Source: an uncultured Gammaproteobacteria bacterium
Lineage (GTDB): Bacteria; Patescibacteriota; Microgenomatia; Daviesbacterales; UBA10151
Assembly (NCBI GenBank): GCA_964500725.1
Contig: CAZCNP010000002.1
Span: 133,347 to 197,346 of the forward strand
DNA: 64,000 nt
Direction of reading: 5' to 3'
Part shown: positions 22,889-32,418 of the stretch, one piece after another
How the letters are laid out: each line of letters starts with the position of its first letter
Position numbering within the stretch: the first letter of the stretch is position 1
Notes under the pieces: generated by a model
Databases searched by the model: none
Told to the model about the DNA's origin: nothing
Seen by the model: only the letters and a program-made list of their open reading frames with translations
Position numbers and translations under genes: made by a program

Positions 22889-23968
22889 TTAATTAATATG
22901 TTTTATCCAGCGCAGGTCGTCTGAAATATAACCGTTGCTAATTAGCCATTCCAATTTTTGCAACCGGTAAAAATTAATATTTTCAAATTGCTCTTTTGTT
23001 AGGTTAATTTCTTTAAACTTTTTCAACATGGCTTTAACGCTATTTTTTACAGTCCAATTGCACTCAAATCCTGGAAATACCTTTTTGATTTTATCAAATG
23101 AAATCTTATAGTTTCGGGAATCCACGCCATCTTGAATTTTTCGGTCCTTGATTAATTCTTTATTAATTTGAGTATTTGTTTGGTTAATAAAATTAATCTC
23201 ACAACCCTGAACTTGTTTTTTAACGATTTTGGTAAGGTCTAATATTTTATAATTTTCTGAAGTACTACCGACATTAATAATTACTTTCTGACTTATCGGG
23301 GGAGTATATTCAACCGCATATTTGATGGCTTTGCAAATATCGTTTACACAAACATTGGGTCTCCAAGCCTGCCCATTGGAATTTAAAATGATTTTTCCGG
23401 TGGTATAAGCCATGGCGGTAAACATATTGATAACTAAATCAAATCTCATTCTTGGAGATAAACCAAAAGCGGTGGCAAACCTAAAAATAATCGGAGTAAA
23501 ATTTTTATCGGTAATTTTTGCTAAGTCCTGTTCTATTTGTACTTTATTTAATGAATAAGGAGTTTGAGGGAAAACCGGTGAAGTCTCGTCAGAATATCCA
23601 TCAACCCCTTTACCGTATACTGAACAACTAGAGGAGAAAATAAATTTTATCCCTAACTTCTTACATAGTTTTGCTGTTTGTATAGTATGTTTTCTGACAG
23701 GATCATAGACTTTTACAAGATCCAAATTTTTAAAAGGATCATTCGAGATACCGGCTAAATAAATAACAGCATCAAACCCTTTGAGGTCTTTTGTGGTAAT
23801 ATCCCGAACATCTTTATATATTGTTTTGCAATCGTTTAGTGGGTAAAGCAGGCAATCTTTAATAAAACCTGTATCTATTCCCGAGACATTGTATCCATAT
23901 TGTACTAAATACGGTACCAAAACGCTGCCTATGTAACTTTGAGATCCTGTTACCAAAACTTTTTTCAT
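22889..23968 (-). CDS. NAD-dependent epimerase/dehydratase
   Basis: GSQSYIG, LAGISNDP, SSSCSVYG, YSLNK; paralogue of 26636-27670. Confidence 0.85.
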   Translation of the reverse strand: MKKVLVTGSQSYIGSVLVPYLVQYGYNVSGIDTGFIKDCLLYPLNDCKTIYKDVRDITTKDLKGFDAVIYLAGISNDPFKNLDLVKVYDPVRKHTIQTAKLCKKLGIKFIFSSSCSVYGKGVDGYSDETSPVFPQTPYSLNKVQIEQDLAKITDKNFTPIIFRFATAFGLSPRMRFDLVINMFTAMAYTTGKIILNSNGQAWRPNVCVNDICKAIKYAVEYTPPISQKVIINVGSTSENYKILDLTKIVKKQVQGCEINFINQTNTQINKELIKDRKIQDGVDSRNYKISFDKIKKVFPGFECNWTVKNSVKAMLKKFKEINLTKEQFENINFYRLQKLEWLISNGYISDDLRWIKHIN

Positions 23969-23971
23969 TGG

Positions 23972-24859
23972 CTAAATTTTATCATATTCTATGGTTTTCC
24001 TGAGGCCCATTTCGATGCTAAGCTTTGGGTGCCAGTTTATGGCTTGTTTTATTTTTGAGATATCGGCATAACTGGCCGATAAAGCATCGGTCGGCATTTG
24101 TTTTGACGTTTGATAGCCTCCACTTTTTTCGTAGATGTCATAAATTGTATTGATAATAGTTTGTACGCTTGTTAATCGCCCGGAACCAATATTAAAAATA
24201 CCGCTTTGGTTATACTCTAATACTAGTTTTGAAATAGCATCTGCCACGTCTTCTATGTAAATAAAGTCATTTTTGGCATCAGGGTTTCTGATTTCGGGTT
24301 CTTTTCCTTCTTTAAGACAATTTATAAGATATGAGATTAAGGAGGTGTTTTTTTGACCGGGTCCATAAACATAGAATAACCTTGTCCATAAAAAAAGCAT
24401 ATTATTTTCTATGGCAAATTCTTTGCCTATCCAATTAAGGGAATTTTTGGCGGCAGTAAAGCAATTGAAGGGTTCAACAGGCAAATCTTCCGATAATTTA
24501 CCCGGTATTTTGCCATATTCCCAGACACTACCTGTTACCAGCACTTTTCTACAATTTATTTTTAGCAATAATTGAATTAACTCTAATCCGTACTTTAAAT
24601 TCCGGATACTGTTTTTGGCACCGTAATCAGGTATTCCTTCCCATGCTAGATGGATTGTTGCATCCGGCTTAAATTTTTCTAAATCACCAGCCCAGTCATG
24701 AATACCTTCCAGGTTGCCTTCTAAAAATCGGATACCATCAGAAGATTTTCCGCCGTGAGGGTTTCTGGTAAGAAGCAATAAATCATTTTTCCCATTATCA
24801 AGCTTTTGGGTAACATATTTTCCAATAAAACCAGTTCCACCAGTGATGAAAATCCTCAT
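23972..24859 (-). CDS. NAD(P)-dependent sugar 4-reductase/epimerase (abequose/paratose synthase-like)
   Basis: GGTGFIG, HLAW, RLFYVYGPGQ; catalytic YxxxK appears as FTAAK. Confidence 0.75.
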   Translation of the reverse strand: MRIFITGGTGFIGKYVTQKLDNGKNDLLLLTRNPHGGKSSDGIRFLEGNLEGIHDWAGDLEKFKPDATIHLAWEGIPDYGAKNSIRNLKYGLELIQLLLKINCRKVLVTGSVWEYGKIPGKLSEDLPVEPFNCFTAAKNSLNWIGKEFAIENNMLFLWTRLFYVYGPGQKNTSLISYLINCLKEGKEPEIRNPDAKNDFIYIEDVADAISKLVLEYNQSGIFNIGSGRLTSVQTIINTIYDIYEKSGGYQTSKQMPTDALSASYADISKIKQAINWHPKLSIEMGLRKTIEYDKI

Positions 24860-25419
24860 ACTTTTAATCCGCCGTACTTTTTAACAAACTCCTTGAAGCT
24901 TTGAGCTTTGGTATCCCTTTCAGAGATATCGGCAGGGGTCTTTATGGGCCAGTTAATGGCTAGATTGGGGTCATTCCACCTGATATTGTCATAACTCTCA
25001 GGTATAAAATACTCATCCATTTTATATAGTATTTGGCAATTAGGAGTTAGAGTACACATACACGGGGCACAGCCTTTGGGAATATAAATCTGATTCTTTT
25101 TTTCTGCAGATACCACAATCTGAATCCACTTACCAAAAGTTTTTTGTTTTGGTCTTAGATCGATAATGGTAAAAAGTATTTCTCCGGAGATTACCCGGAT
25201 TAATTTTGTTTCAGCGTATGGAGGATGTTGGAAGTGGATACCCCTGACTGTCCACTTCTCTTTGCTAAGAGAATGACTTTCCTGAATCCAATCCGTAACC
25301 AAACCGTGTTTTGCAAATATTTCTGCATCATAAGTTCTCATAAAAAATCCACGGGAATCAATATTTGGTTCAAGCTGAATTTCAAAAACACCCTTAATTT
25401 GTTTTTCTTCAATAACCAT
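24856..25419 (-). CDS. rmlC: RmlC-family 3,5-epimerase (cupin)
   Basis: DSRGFF, VRGIHFQ, IDLRP, WNDP..INWP. Confidence 0.8.
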   Translation of the reverse strand: MVIEEKQIKGVFEIQLEPNIDSRGFFMRTYDAEIFAKHGLVTDWIQESHSLSKEKWTVRGIHFQHPPYAETKLIRVISGEILFTIIDLRPKQKTFGKWIQIVVSAEKKNQIYIPKGCAPCMCTLTPNCQILYKMDEYFIPESYDNIRWNDPNLAINWPIKTPADISERDTKAQSFKEFVKKYGGLKV

Positions 25420-25437
25420 AAGTACTATTTTACAACT

Positions 25438-26631
25438 TTAAATAATCTTTTGAACTATTTGAAGTAAGCTCTTTTTAGGAGATACTAAAAATGTTTTGCA
25501 ACCTACTTCCTGCCCGGTTTGTTTATCCCGTATATCATCTCCAATAAAAATAGCTTTTGTTAAATCAATCTGGTGATCACGGCTGGCTTGTAGGAGTAAC
25601 CCTGGTTTTGGCTTTCGGCATTGACATCCTTCGTCCCATCCGTGGGTACAGACATAGATTCCATCTATTTTTGCCCCATTATTATTTAATTCCTTCAACA
25701 TATTCTTATGGATTAAATCTAAATCCTTTTTACTGAGAAAGCCCCTGGCTACCCCTGCTTGATTTGAAATGATAAATACCCTATATTCGTTATCGTTTAA
25801 AAGCTTTATTGCTTGAGTTGAATCCGGAAGAAATTTAAATTCCTTCCAGCTTTTAACATAGTCAGCCTTAGGAGCTTTTTTATTAATTACGCCGTCTCTA
25901 TCTAAAAATATTACCTTTTTGGGAATGAGGAACTTATTTATAATTTTTAATTTTTGCAGATCTCCAATACTATAATATTTTTGATCTGTTAAATACCCGG
26001 CAAGAGCCTCTTTTCTTATCAGCTTCGGCAATATTTCATTCTCAAACTTACAGTTTCCCTGAGGAAGCAACTTTAGGACTTTTTTATTGGCTATAAAAAA
26101 GCCTATATCAACAGCATTCAGATTTTTTTCTTTCCGATCAGGATCATATCCGGTGACGTAACCATTTTCTATCAGGATATTATTCTTTGTGGAATTATCT
26201 AAATTAGAAAAAGCGGTAATTAATATTTCAGAAGGATGGTCCTTGAAGAAATTAATATGCTTTTTAAGCTGTAGCGGCCAATAATTATCGCAGTATAGCA
26301 GCAAGAAATATTCATTTAGAAGTTTTTGTGCATTTTTGATTCGTATACCGCTTTTGTTTTCCAGCCCCTTTTCATCTAAAAACGGAGTATATGAATATTT
26401 AATCTTCATACCAAAGCTTGAACCATCACCGAAATATTTTTGGATTTTATCTTCCAAGTAACCGGTCAAAAGGACGATCTCCTTTATACCATTATCTTTT
26501 AATAAATTTATTAAGTATTCCAGAAAGGGTTTGCCGTTTATAGGAATTAAAGGTTTAGGATTTTTAAGTGTAAATGGCCGGAGTCTTCTTCCTTCGCCAC
26601 CTGCTAAAATTACAGCCTGGTTTATCTTCAT
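25438..26631 (-). CDS. fused nucleotidyltransferase (HddC-like) + heptose 1,7-bisphosphate phosphatase (GmhB)
   Basis: LAGGEGRRL..PKPL N-terminal; FLDRDGVIN, SNQAG, CTH..CQCRKP, IGD C-terminal. Confidence 0.88.
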   Translation of the reverse strand: MKINQAVILAGGEGRRLRPFTLKNPKPLIPINGKPFLEYLINLLKDNGIKEIVLLTGYLEDKIQKYFGDGSSFGMKIKYSYTPFLDEKGLENKSGIRIKNAQKLLNEYFLLLYCDNYWPLQLKKHINFFKDHPSEILITAFSNLDNSTKNNILIENGYVTGYDPDRKEKNLNAVDIGFFIANKKVLKLLPQGNCKFENEILPKLIRKEALAGYLTDQKYYSIGDLQKLKIINKFLIPKKVIFLDRDGVINKKAPKADYVKSWKEFKFLPDSTQAIKLLNDNEYRVFIISNQAGVARGFLSKKDLDLIHKNMLKELNNNGAKIDGIYVCTHGWDEGCQCRKPKPGLLLQASRDHQIDLTKAIFIGDDIRDKQTGQEVGCKTFLVSPKKSLLQIVQKII

Positions 26632-26635
26632 GATT

Positions 26636-27670
26636 TTAAGTCCAGTAGAGGTTTTTATCTATTTTTCTCTGTTCAAGCAAGTATTTAACTTGTGGCAGGC
26701 GGTTACATTTCCTGCCTCTGAAATCTTCCTCGGTAAAATCGATTGATTTAAAAAATTCTACCAATTCTTTACCCCCTTTATCCAGATCCCACGCAGGTTT
26801 ATAGTAGTTTTTTAAGACTGATAAAATTTTTTTAAAAGAGACTTTGTAAGTTCTGGAGTCATTGCCATGTTCTCCGGTAAATGTTAAAGAACTTCCTGAT
26901 ACAGCTCTTTGGGCAGCTTCAGCCAGATCCCTGACGGTATAGTTTCCGTTTTTGATACCAACGTTGAAAGATTGGTTGCCAACTAATCTTGCAGGTGCTT
27001 CTAGTCCGGCAATATATGCCGAGCAAACATCCCTAACATGTACTACCGGACGCCAAGGAGTACCATCACTTTTAATTTCAATCTTGCCTGTTGTATAGGC
27101 ACAGGCCACTAAGTTATTAAAAACAATGTCACATCTTAAGCTTGGACTGGCACCAAAAATCGTGGAAGGCCTGAAGCAAATAACAGTAAAATCATCTGAT
27201 GAAAGCTTTTTAAGTCCGCATTCTGCCTGCCATTTTGTTTTAGCATACTCTGTAATGGGATTTTTGGTGCTATTATCTTCATCTAACTCACTGGCGGTAT
27301 CAGATATTCCATACATGCTCTGAGAAGAAGAATAAATAAACCTTTTTACTCCTGCTTGTTTGGCCAACTTTGCCAATTTGATGGTAGCTTTATAATTTAT
27401 ATTTTTGGTAAGTAGGGGATTGAGTTGTCCTACCGGATCGTTTGAAAGAGCAGCCAGATGAATAATAAAATCTATGCCTTTGAGATCTTCTTTAGAGACT
27501 TGTCTAATATCTTTAGTGATTTGTTTAATTTTTGCTGAGGTTTTTGGTAAAGGACATAATTTTTGATAATAATTAGTATCAAAACCAACTACTTCATATC
27601 CTCGTTGTATTAAAATATCAGTCAATACTGATCCGATATACCCTAAATTTCCGGTGACAAGAATTTTCAT
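26636..27670 (-). CDS. NAD-dependent epimerase/dehydratase
   Basis: GNLGYIG, HLAALSNDP, YAKTK, SDGTPWRP. Confidence 0.88.
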   Translation of the reverse strand: MKILVTGNLGYIGSVLTDILIQRGYEVVGFDTNYYQKLCPLPKTSAKIKQITKDIRQVSKEDLKGIDFIIHLAALSNDPVGQLNPLLTKNINYKATIKLAKLAKQAGVKRFIYSSSQSMYGISDTASELDEDNSTKNPITEYAKTKWQAECGLKKLSSDDFTVICFRPSTIFGASPSLRCDIVFNNLVACAYTTGKIEIKSDGTPWRPVVHVRDVCSAYIAGLEAPARLVGNQSFNVGIKNGNYTVRDLAEAAQRAVSGSSLTFTGEHGNDSRTYKVSFKKILSVLKNYYKPAWDLDKGGKELVEFFKSIDFTEEDFRGRKCNRLPQVKYLLEQRKIDKNLYWT

Positions 27671-27675
27671 ATAAA

Positions 27676-28281
27676 TTATTCTTTTGTATTATTTTCTTCA
27701 AGATAATCAAAATAGTTTTTAAAGTATTTGGTCATTAGGTGCAAGATGACGGAGTGTATTCCCTCAACTAGTTCATATTCGCCTTTTTTGGTTTTAACTT
27801 TAATCTTGGCATCGGCTAATTTATTAAGAAGTCCACCATCGAAACCTGATACACCAATTACTGGAAGCCGATATCTTTTTGCCAGCTTAACTGCTTTAAC
27901 AACATTCATTGAATTACCGGAAGATGAAATTGCAATTACGGCATCTCCTTCTTTAATATAGTTTTGCAAGGGTCCGGCGAAAATCATTTCAAAAGAGACA
28001 TCATTAGCCCAGGCGGTTAATTCTTCTTCCGTGGTGGGGATACGAATTGCCTGAAACCGGCGAATATTTTTATCCAGGTGATGAGCAAAAACAGTTTTAT
28101 TGAAATCAGCTACAAAGTGTGTTGCCATTGCTAGCGATCCGCCGTTTCCAAATACATAAATTTTGCCATCCCTCTCATAAGTTGCCTGCAAAATATTTAC
28201 TGCCTTTGCGATCTCTTCGTGAGGCAAAGTCTGTAATATTTTAACGCTTTTTTCAATATAGTTAACTATATATTGTTTCAT
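27676..28281 (-). CDS. gmhA: sedoheptulose-7-phosphate isomerase (SIS domain)
   Basis: FGNGGS, TAWAND, ISSSGNS, GFDGG. Confidence 0.85.
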   Translation of the reverse strand: MKQYIVNYIEKSVKILQTLPHEEIAKAVNILQATYERDGKIYVFGNGGSLAMATHFVADFNKTVFAHHLDKNIRRFQAIRIPTTEEELTAWANDVSFEMIFAGPLQNYIKEGDAVIAISSSGNSMNVVKAVKLAKRYRLPVIGVSGFDGGLLNKLADAKIKVKTKKGEYELVEGIHSVILHLMTKYFKNYFDYLEENNTKE

Positions 28282-29291
28282 TTTAGATTAAATATACTAT
28301 TTGAAACCACTTCCACTCCGGAATGAACGAATTTAATAGGGACCTCCTGAAAATTTAGGAGATTATTTCTCCTGGCAGCTTTTTTGATAGCTGCTTTAAC
28401 AGCTTCCCTTTTTTTTGGTGAAACAAGAAAAAGAAGACATCCGCCTCCACCTGCACCTAATAATTTTCCTCCCCATGCTCCGTTACTGAATCCAGTTGAA
28501 TAAAGTTTGTCGATAATATTGTTGGAAATCTTGGATGCCAGCTTTCTTTTTTCTAGCCAATTCTCATGAAGTATCCCGCCCAGAGATTTAAAATCTCCTT
28601 TTAGGAGTTTTTCTTTAAATAAGTCAACTGATTCTGCCATTGATTTTAGCCTTTCGAAATTAGACCGGATTCCTGATTTTTGTTCTATCAGAATATCTGA
28701 AGCTTGCCTTGTGATACCGGTAAAAAAGATTAACATGTGATTTTCTAAATCGATCCGTTTTTTATAATCTAAAAGTATAGGTTCTATGTCTACAGTCTCA
28801 TCCGGATTAAATTTAAAAACATTAAAACCACCAAAGCTGGCAGCGTATTGGTCTTGTTTGCCAATAGGATCTTTGATTAGATCAATCTCGATTTTGCACG
28901 CCTTTTCAGCCAAGTCTTTTTTATCCAGTCTTTTTCCCAGGTAAGCAGAGAATCCTTTTATCAGCGCTACTGTAAAACTCGATGAGGCACCGAGGCCGGT
29001 ACCAACTTTCATATGTGAAAAAGTGCCTATTTCCATATAATCATTTATATTTAAGATAGCCATTGTTTCCCTGATACGATTATTTTTTAAATCCTTAGCG
29101 TATTTTACGTTTTCAATTTCAGAATAACGAGCAATGATTCCTTGCAGCAAAGGAGCAGGGTTAATAGCGACATAAACGTATTTGTCTATAGTAGCGGAGA
29201 TAACCTTACCTTGATGTAATCTATAAAAATCCGGTAAATCCGTTCCGCCGCCAACAAAACTGATTCTGAGTGGAGCTCTTACAATAATCAT
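28278..29291 (-). CDS. hddA: D-glycero-D-manno-heptose-7-phosphate kinase (GHMP)
   Basis: APLRISFVGGGTD, GTGLGASS, IGKQDQY, KLLGAGGGG. Confidence 0.88.
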   Translation of the reverse strand: MIIVRAPLRISFVGGGTDLPDFYRLHQGKVISATIDKYVYVAINPAPLLQGIIARYSEIENVKYAKDLKNNRIRETMAILNINDYMEIGTFSHMKVGTGLGASSSFTVALIKGFSAYLGKRLDKKDLAEKACKIEIDLIKDPIGKQDQYAASFGGFNVFKFNPDETVDIEPILLDYKKRIDLENHMLIFFTGITRQASDILIEQKSGIRSNFERLKSMAESVDLFKEKLLKGDFKSLGGILHENWLEKRKLASKISNNIIDKLYSTGFSNGAWGGKLLGAGGGGCLLFLVSPKKREAVKAAIKKAARRNNLLNFQEVPIKFVHSGVEVVSNSIFNLK

Positions 29292-29314
29292 GCAACTGGC
29301 TAGGATTATATCAT

Positions 29315-30169
29315 CTATTTAAGATATTTTAATAGATACGTAAGCTCCAATAGCATACCTAGCTTTTGGTTTTTTCTTTTTTTGACAAAAAAATCTCTTG
29401 CTCCGACGCTTTCATTTAGTTTTTGTGACTCCGGATATTTAAAAGGAACCTCTACGCTTTTAACCCTGAGGCCAGCTTTTAAGGCGGCAACAATAGGAAA
29501 AAAAATAGTGTTGGAATACTTTTCCGGATCAAAAATCTCATCTTGTGGGATATCCTTAAATATTTTTAAATAATCTCTAATGAACAATTCTAAGTTTGTT
29601 GTAGTATTTGCAAATATCCGGGGTCCGAAAAACATATCTAATTCCTCATCTTGACCGGAGAGCAGATTATGTAGTTTTAATTGTTTATTATATAATCTGT
29701 TCCCTTCAGTTTCTAAATAATACATATAATCAGGAAAAGATTTTTGAAATAATTTATCGTTTCTTTTTGCTATGATAATATCAGCCTTGTTTTCTAAGAT
29801 AGGTTTTGCAAGTATAGGGATACTATCAATTAGTGAAGTTTTCTCCGGTTCGGTGGCTATAATTACCCTGATACCAGGTAATTTTGAAGCAGCTATAAAG
29901 GCCTGGCGTTTAGCAGGAGATGATTGGATAGAATTTCGTTCAATGATTTTTAGATTTTTCTTAAATCTTAGAAGTTCTTTTCGGAAATTTTTCGAGTTTT
30001 TATTATGGACAACAACAACCTGATAATTTTCGATAACTGCTTTATTGATAAATTCTAATGCTAAATCCCCCCGTACCTTGTCCGTATGAGAAATATTTTT
30101 TAGTTTACCTTGATACCAAAGCGGATAATAGGTAATCAATGCAAATGCAACTGATTTGGGACCAAACAT
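29315..30169 (-). CDS. hypothetical protein, possible divergent GT-A fold
   Basis: long ORF with GT2-like layout (PILENKADIIIAKR, GLRVKSVEVPF) but no DxD. Confidence 0.5.
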   Translation of the reverse strand: MFGPKSVAFALITYYPLWYQGKLKNISHTDKVRGDLALEFINKAVIENYQVVVVHNKNSKNFRKELLRFKKNLKIIERNSIQSSPAKRQAFIAASKLPGIRVIIATEPEKTSLIDSIPILAKPILENKADIIIAKRNDKLFQKSFPDYMYYLETEGNRLYNKQLKLHNLLSGQDEELDMFFGPRIFANTTTNLELFIRDYLKIFKDIPQDEIFDPEKYSNTIFFPIVAALKAGLRVKSVEVPFKYPESQKLNESVGARDFFVKKRKNQKLGMLLELTYLLKYLK

Positions 30170-30260
30170 TTTTAAATCATAACATATCTAATTCAGATGA
30201 AAATAAGAGTATGTGGTAACATTTACATAAGAAGTTCAAGAGAGTACAATATTTTAAATT

Positions 30261-31004
30261 ATGAAAACACTTAAGAAGCGATCACCAAAAGTTATCGGTA
30301 TTATGATGACTTATAACTGTGCTGATATGATTGAAAGTACATATAAAAAATTACCAAAAGGAGTTTTTAGTCAAGTTATTGTAGTTGATGACGATTCCAA
30401 AGATAATTCGGTTGAAGTGGCAAAACGTTTGAAACTCAATGTTTATACTCACAAGCATGGAGGTTATGGTGCAAACATTAAATATGGTCTGAAAAAAGTA
30501 TTGTCTTTGGGGGCTGATTATGCAGTCGAAATACATGGTGATGGTCAATACGACCAATCGGTTGTGCCGGCCGCTATCAAAAAAATGGAAACAGGTTTTG
30601 ATTTTTTATTGGGGTCCCGTTTTACTAATCTGAAGCATGCAATTAATGATGGTATGCCACTTGAAAGATATTTTGCTAATTTGGGCTTAAGTTTTATTGA
30701 TAGAATTATCTTGGGTGTTAATCTAACTGAATTCCACACAGGATTTAGGGTTTACAGCAAACGTTTCATTGAAAGTTTAACTTACGAGGGGACATCAGAT
30801 AATTACCTTTATAGTTTCGAGATTATCTGCCAGGCAAAATTTAATGATATGAAAATCGGTGAAGTTCCTATGCGTTGTGACTACAAAGCGGCGCATACAT
30901 CTATTAGTATCAAAAAATCAATTATTTATGCACTCGGAACTTTTGCCATATTAGGAAAATATATTCTAGCCAAAATGGGAGCAAGGGTTAAGATTTTTAA
31001 ATAG
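30261..31004 (+). CDS. GT2, DPM1-like glycosyltransferase
   Basis: VDDDSKD, GYGAN, HGDGQY, GSRF, EFHTGFR. Confidence 0.88.
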   Translation: MKTLKKRSPKVIGIMMTYNCADMIESTYKKLPKGVFSQVIVVDDDSKDNSVEVAKRLKLNVYTHKHGGYGANIKYGLKKVLSLGADYAVEIHGDGQYDQSVVPAAIKKMETGFDFLLGSRFTNLKHAINDGMPLERYFANLGLSFIDRIILGVNLTEFHTGFRVYSKRFIESLTYEGTSDNYLYSFEIICQAKFNDMKIGEVPMRCDYKAAHTSISIKKSIIYALGTFAILGKYILAKMGARVKIFK

Positions 31005-31016
31005 TGTAATTTTAGT

Positions 31017-31682
31017 ATGACCGAAATTTTTGTTATCTGCCACGCCGAAGTAATCTATCCAGTTGATGATCAAGGCAGGAAATTAATGTACCCCCCAGAA
31101 ACTCATTTAAGTGATGAAGGTAGAAATCAGTTCAGGTCTTTTGCGATGGGTTTAAGAAATAAAGGAATTGAATTAGATCTTATTGAAACAAGCCCTTATG
31201 TTCGAGCTTATGAATCAGCTATAATTCTTGCAAGTGTTTTTGGAATAAAAGAGCCTGTGAAAAATCAAAATCTTATAGACTCCTATATTCCAGGCTGGAT
31301 TGGTATTCCATTAAGTGAACAACAGAAGCTTGTGGATAAGGGAGAAGATATATATCAATATCCACGTACTGAAAACCAGGAGTCGTATGAACATATAGCC
31401 AGGCGAATGTTCGAAGAATTTAGGAACATTATTAGAAGAAATGATAGCAAGATAGTCACAATCATAAGTCACGGAGACCCTATCCGTTTACTAATGTATA
31501 GATTGGGTCATCCGGAGGGGAGTATACCTAATATGAGTATTTTAAGTAAGGACGGATACTTAAAAAGAGGTGAAGCTTTTCGTGTCAAAGCAGATCAAGA
31601 AGGCAGAATTTTAGAAGCAGAGTTAGTTAGTAATAGGGAAGGGACTGCGGGAGAAAGAGAACTGTATAAAGATAGTCCTTAA
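31017..31682 (+). CDS. histidine phosphatase superfamily protein (CHA in place of RHG)
   Basis: ICHAE, LSDEG, SPYVRAYES, ES, SHGDPI. Confidence 0.75.
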   Translation: MTEIFVICHAEVIYPVDDQGRKLMYPPETHLSDEGRNQFRSFAMGLRNKGIELDLIETSPYVRAYESAIILASVFGIKEPVKNQNLIDSYIPGWIGIPLSEQQKLVDKGEDIYQYPRTENQESYEHIARRMFEEFRNIIRRNDSKIVTIISHGDPIRLLMYRLGHPEGSIPNMSILSKDGYLKRGEAFRVKADQEGRILEAELVSNREGTAGERELYKDSP

Positions 31683-31695
31683 GTAAACTAAAAAT

Positions 31696-32418
31696 ATGAG
31701 TGAGAAACCAATAATTGAAATGACACCAAGAGCTGCCCCGATAGAATTTTCTGAAAGCGAACAATGGTGGCAGGGTGCAGAAAAAGCCTATAATTTGCTT
31801 TGTAATGACAGGCCAGCTAAACCCTGTGACATTCTTTACTTTTTCGGCCGTTCTTATTTTGATGCACCCAAGAAAAGTTTTTATGGTTTAGCAGTCAATT
31901 TATATCAGCAAGGGATGGTTAGAAAAATTATAGTCCCCGGCACAGAGGGAGAACGACTGGGTGAAACCATACCCGGAATGGCTCACCCTGGTAAAACGGC
32001 AATGAAAAACCGTTTAGTAAGAATGGGTGTTGCAGAAGAAGATGTAGTATTCAGCAAGCCAGGATATCACACTAAACAAGAAGGTGATGCTTTTTTGGAT
32101 TATTCCATGGAAAATTCTCTGCATAGAGCAATAGCTTTTACTAATCCACATCAGATAGTGCGGGCAATGCTCGGTCTTGTCAGAACAATTAATGATAAGA
32201 GTTTATCCCTTGAAACTTATACTGCTGTACCTGATCCAGAAAAATTTGATTGGGGGAGGATGGTGAAAGGTTCCCAAGGGCAAAAGCTTGAACCGGTATT
32301 CAAACATTTTTATGAAGAACTCTCCAGAATTTCCCGTTATCAGCAAAAAGGTGATCTGGCTGGTTTTGAGGAATTGTTTGAATATATGAATATTCGAAAC
32401 AGCAGAAGACCTACTTAG
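31696..32418 (+). CDS. DUF218/YdcF/ElyC-like protein
   Basis: KIIVPG, LVRMGV, HTKQE, TNPHQIVRA. Confidence 0.6.
   Translation: MSEKPIIEMTPRAAPIEFSESEQWWQGAEKAYNLLCNDRPAKPCDILYFFGRSYFDAPKKSFYGLAVNLYQQGMVRKIIVPGTEGERLGETIPGMAHPGKTAMKNRLVRMGVAEEDVVFSKPGYHTKQEGDAFLDYSMENSLHRAIAFTNPHQIVRAMLGLVRTINDKSLSLETYTAVPDPEKFDWGRMVKGSQGQKLEPVFKHFYEELSRISRYQQKGDLAGFEELFEYMNIRNSRRPT

Noticed and set aside
25438-29291. LPS inner-core ADP-heptose pathway
   Set aside because: The kinase is GHMP-type HddA rather than HldE, and no heptosyltransferase, Kdo or lipid A genes are seen.
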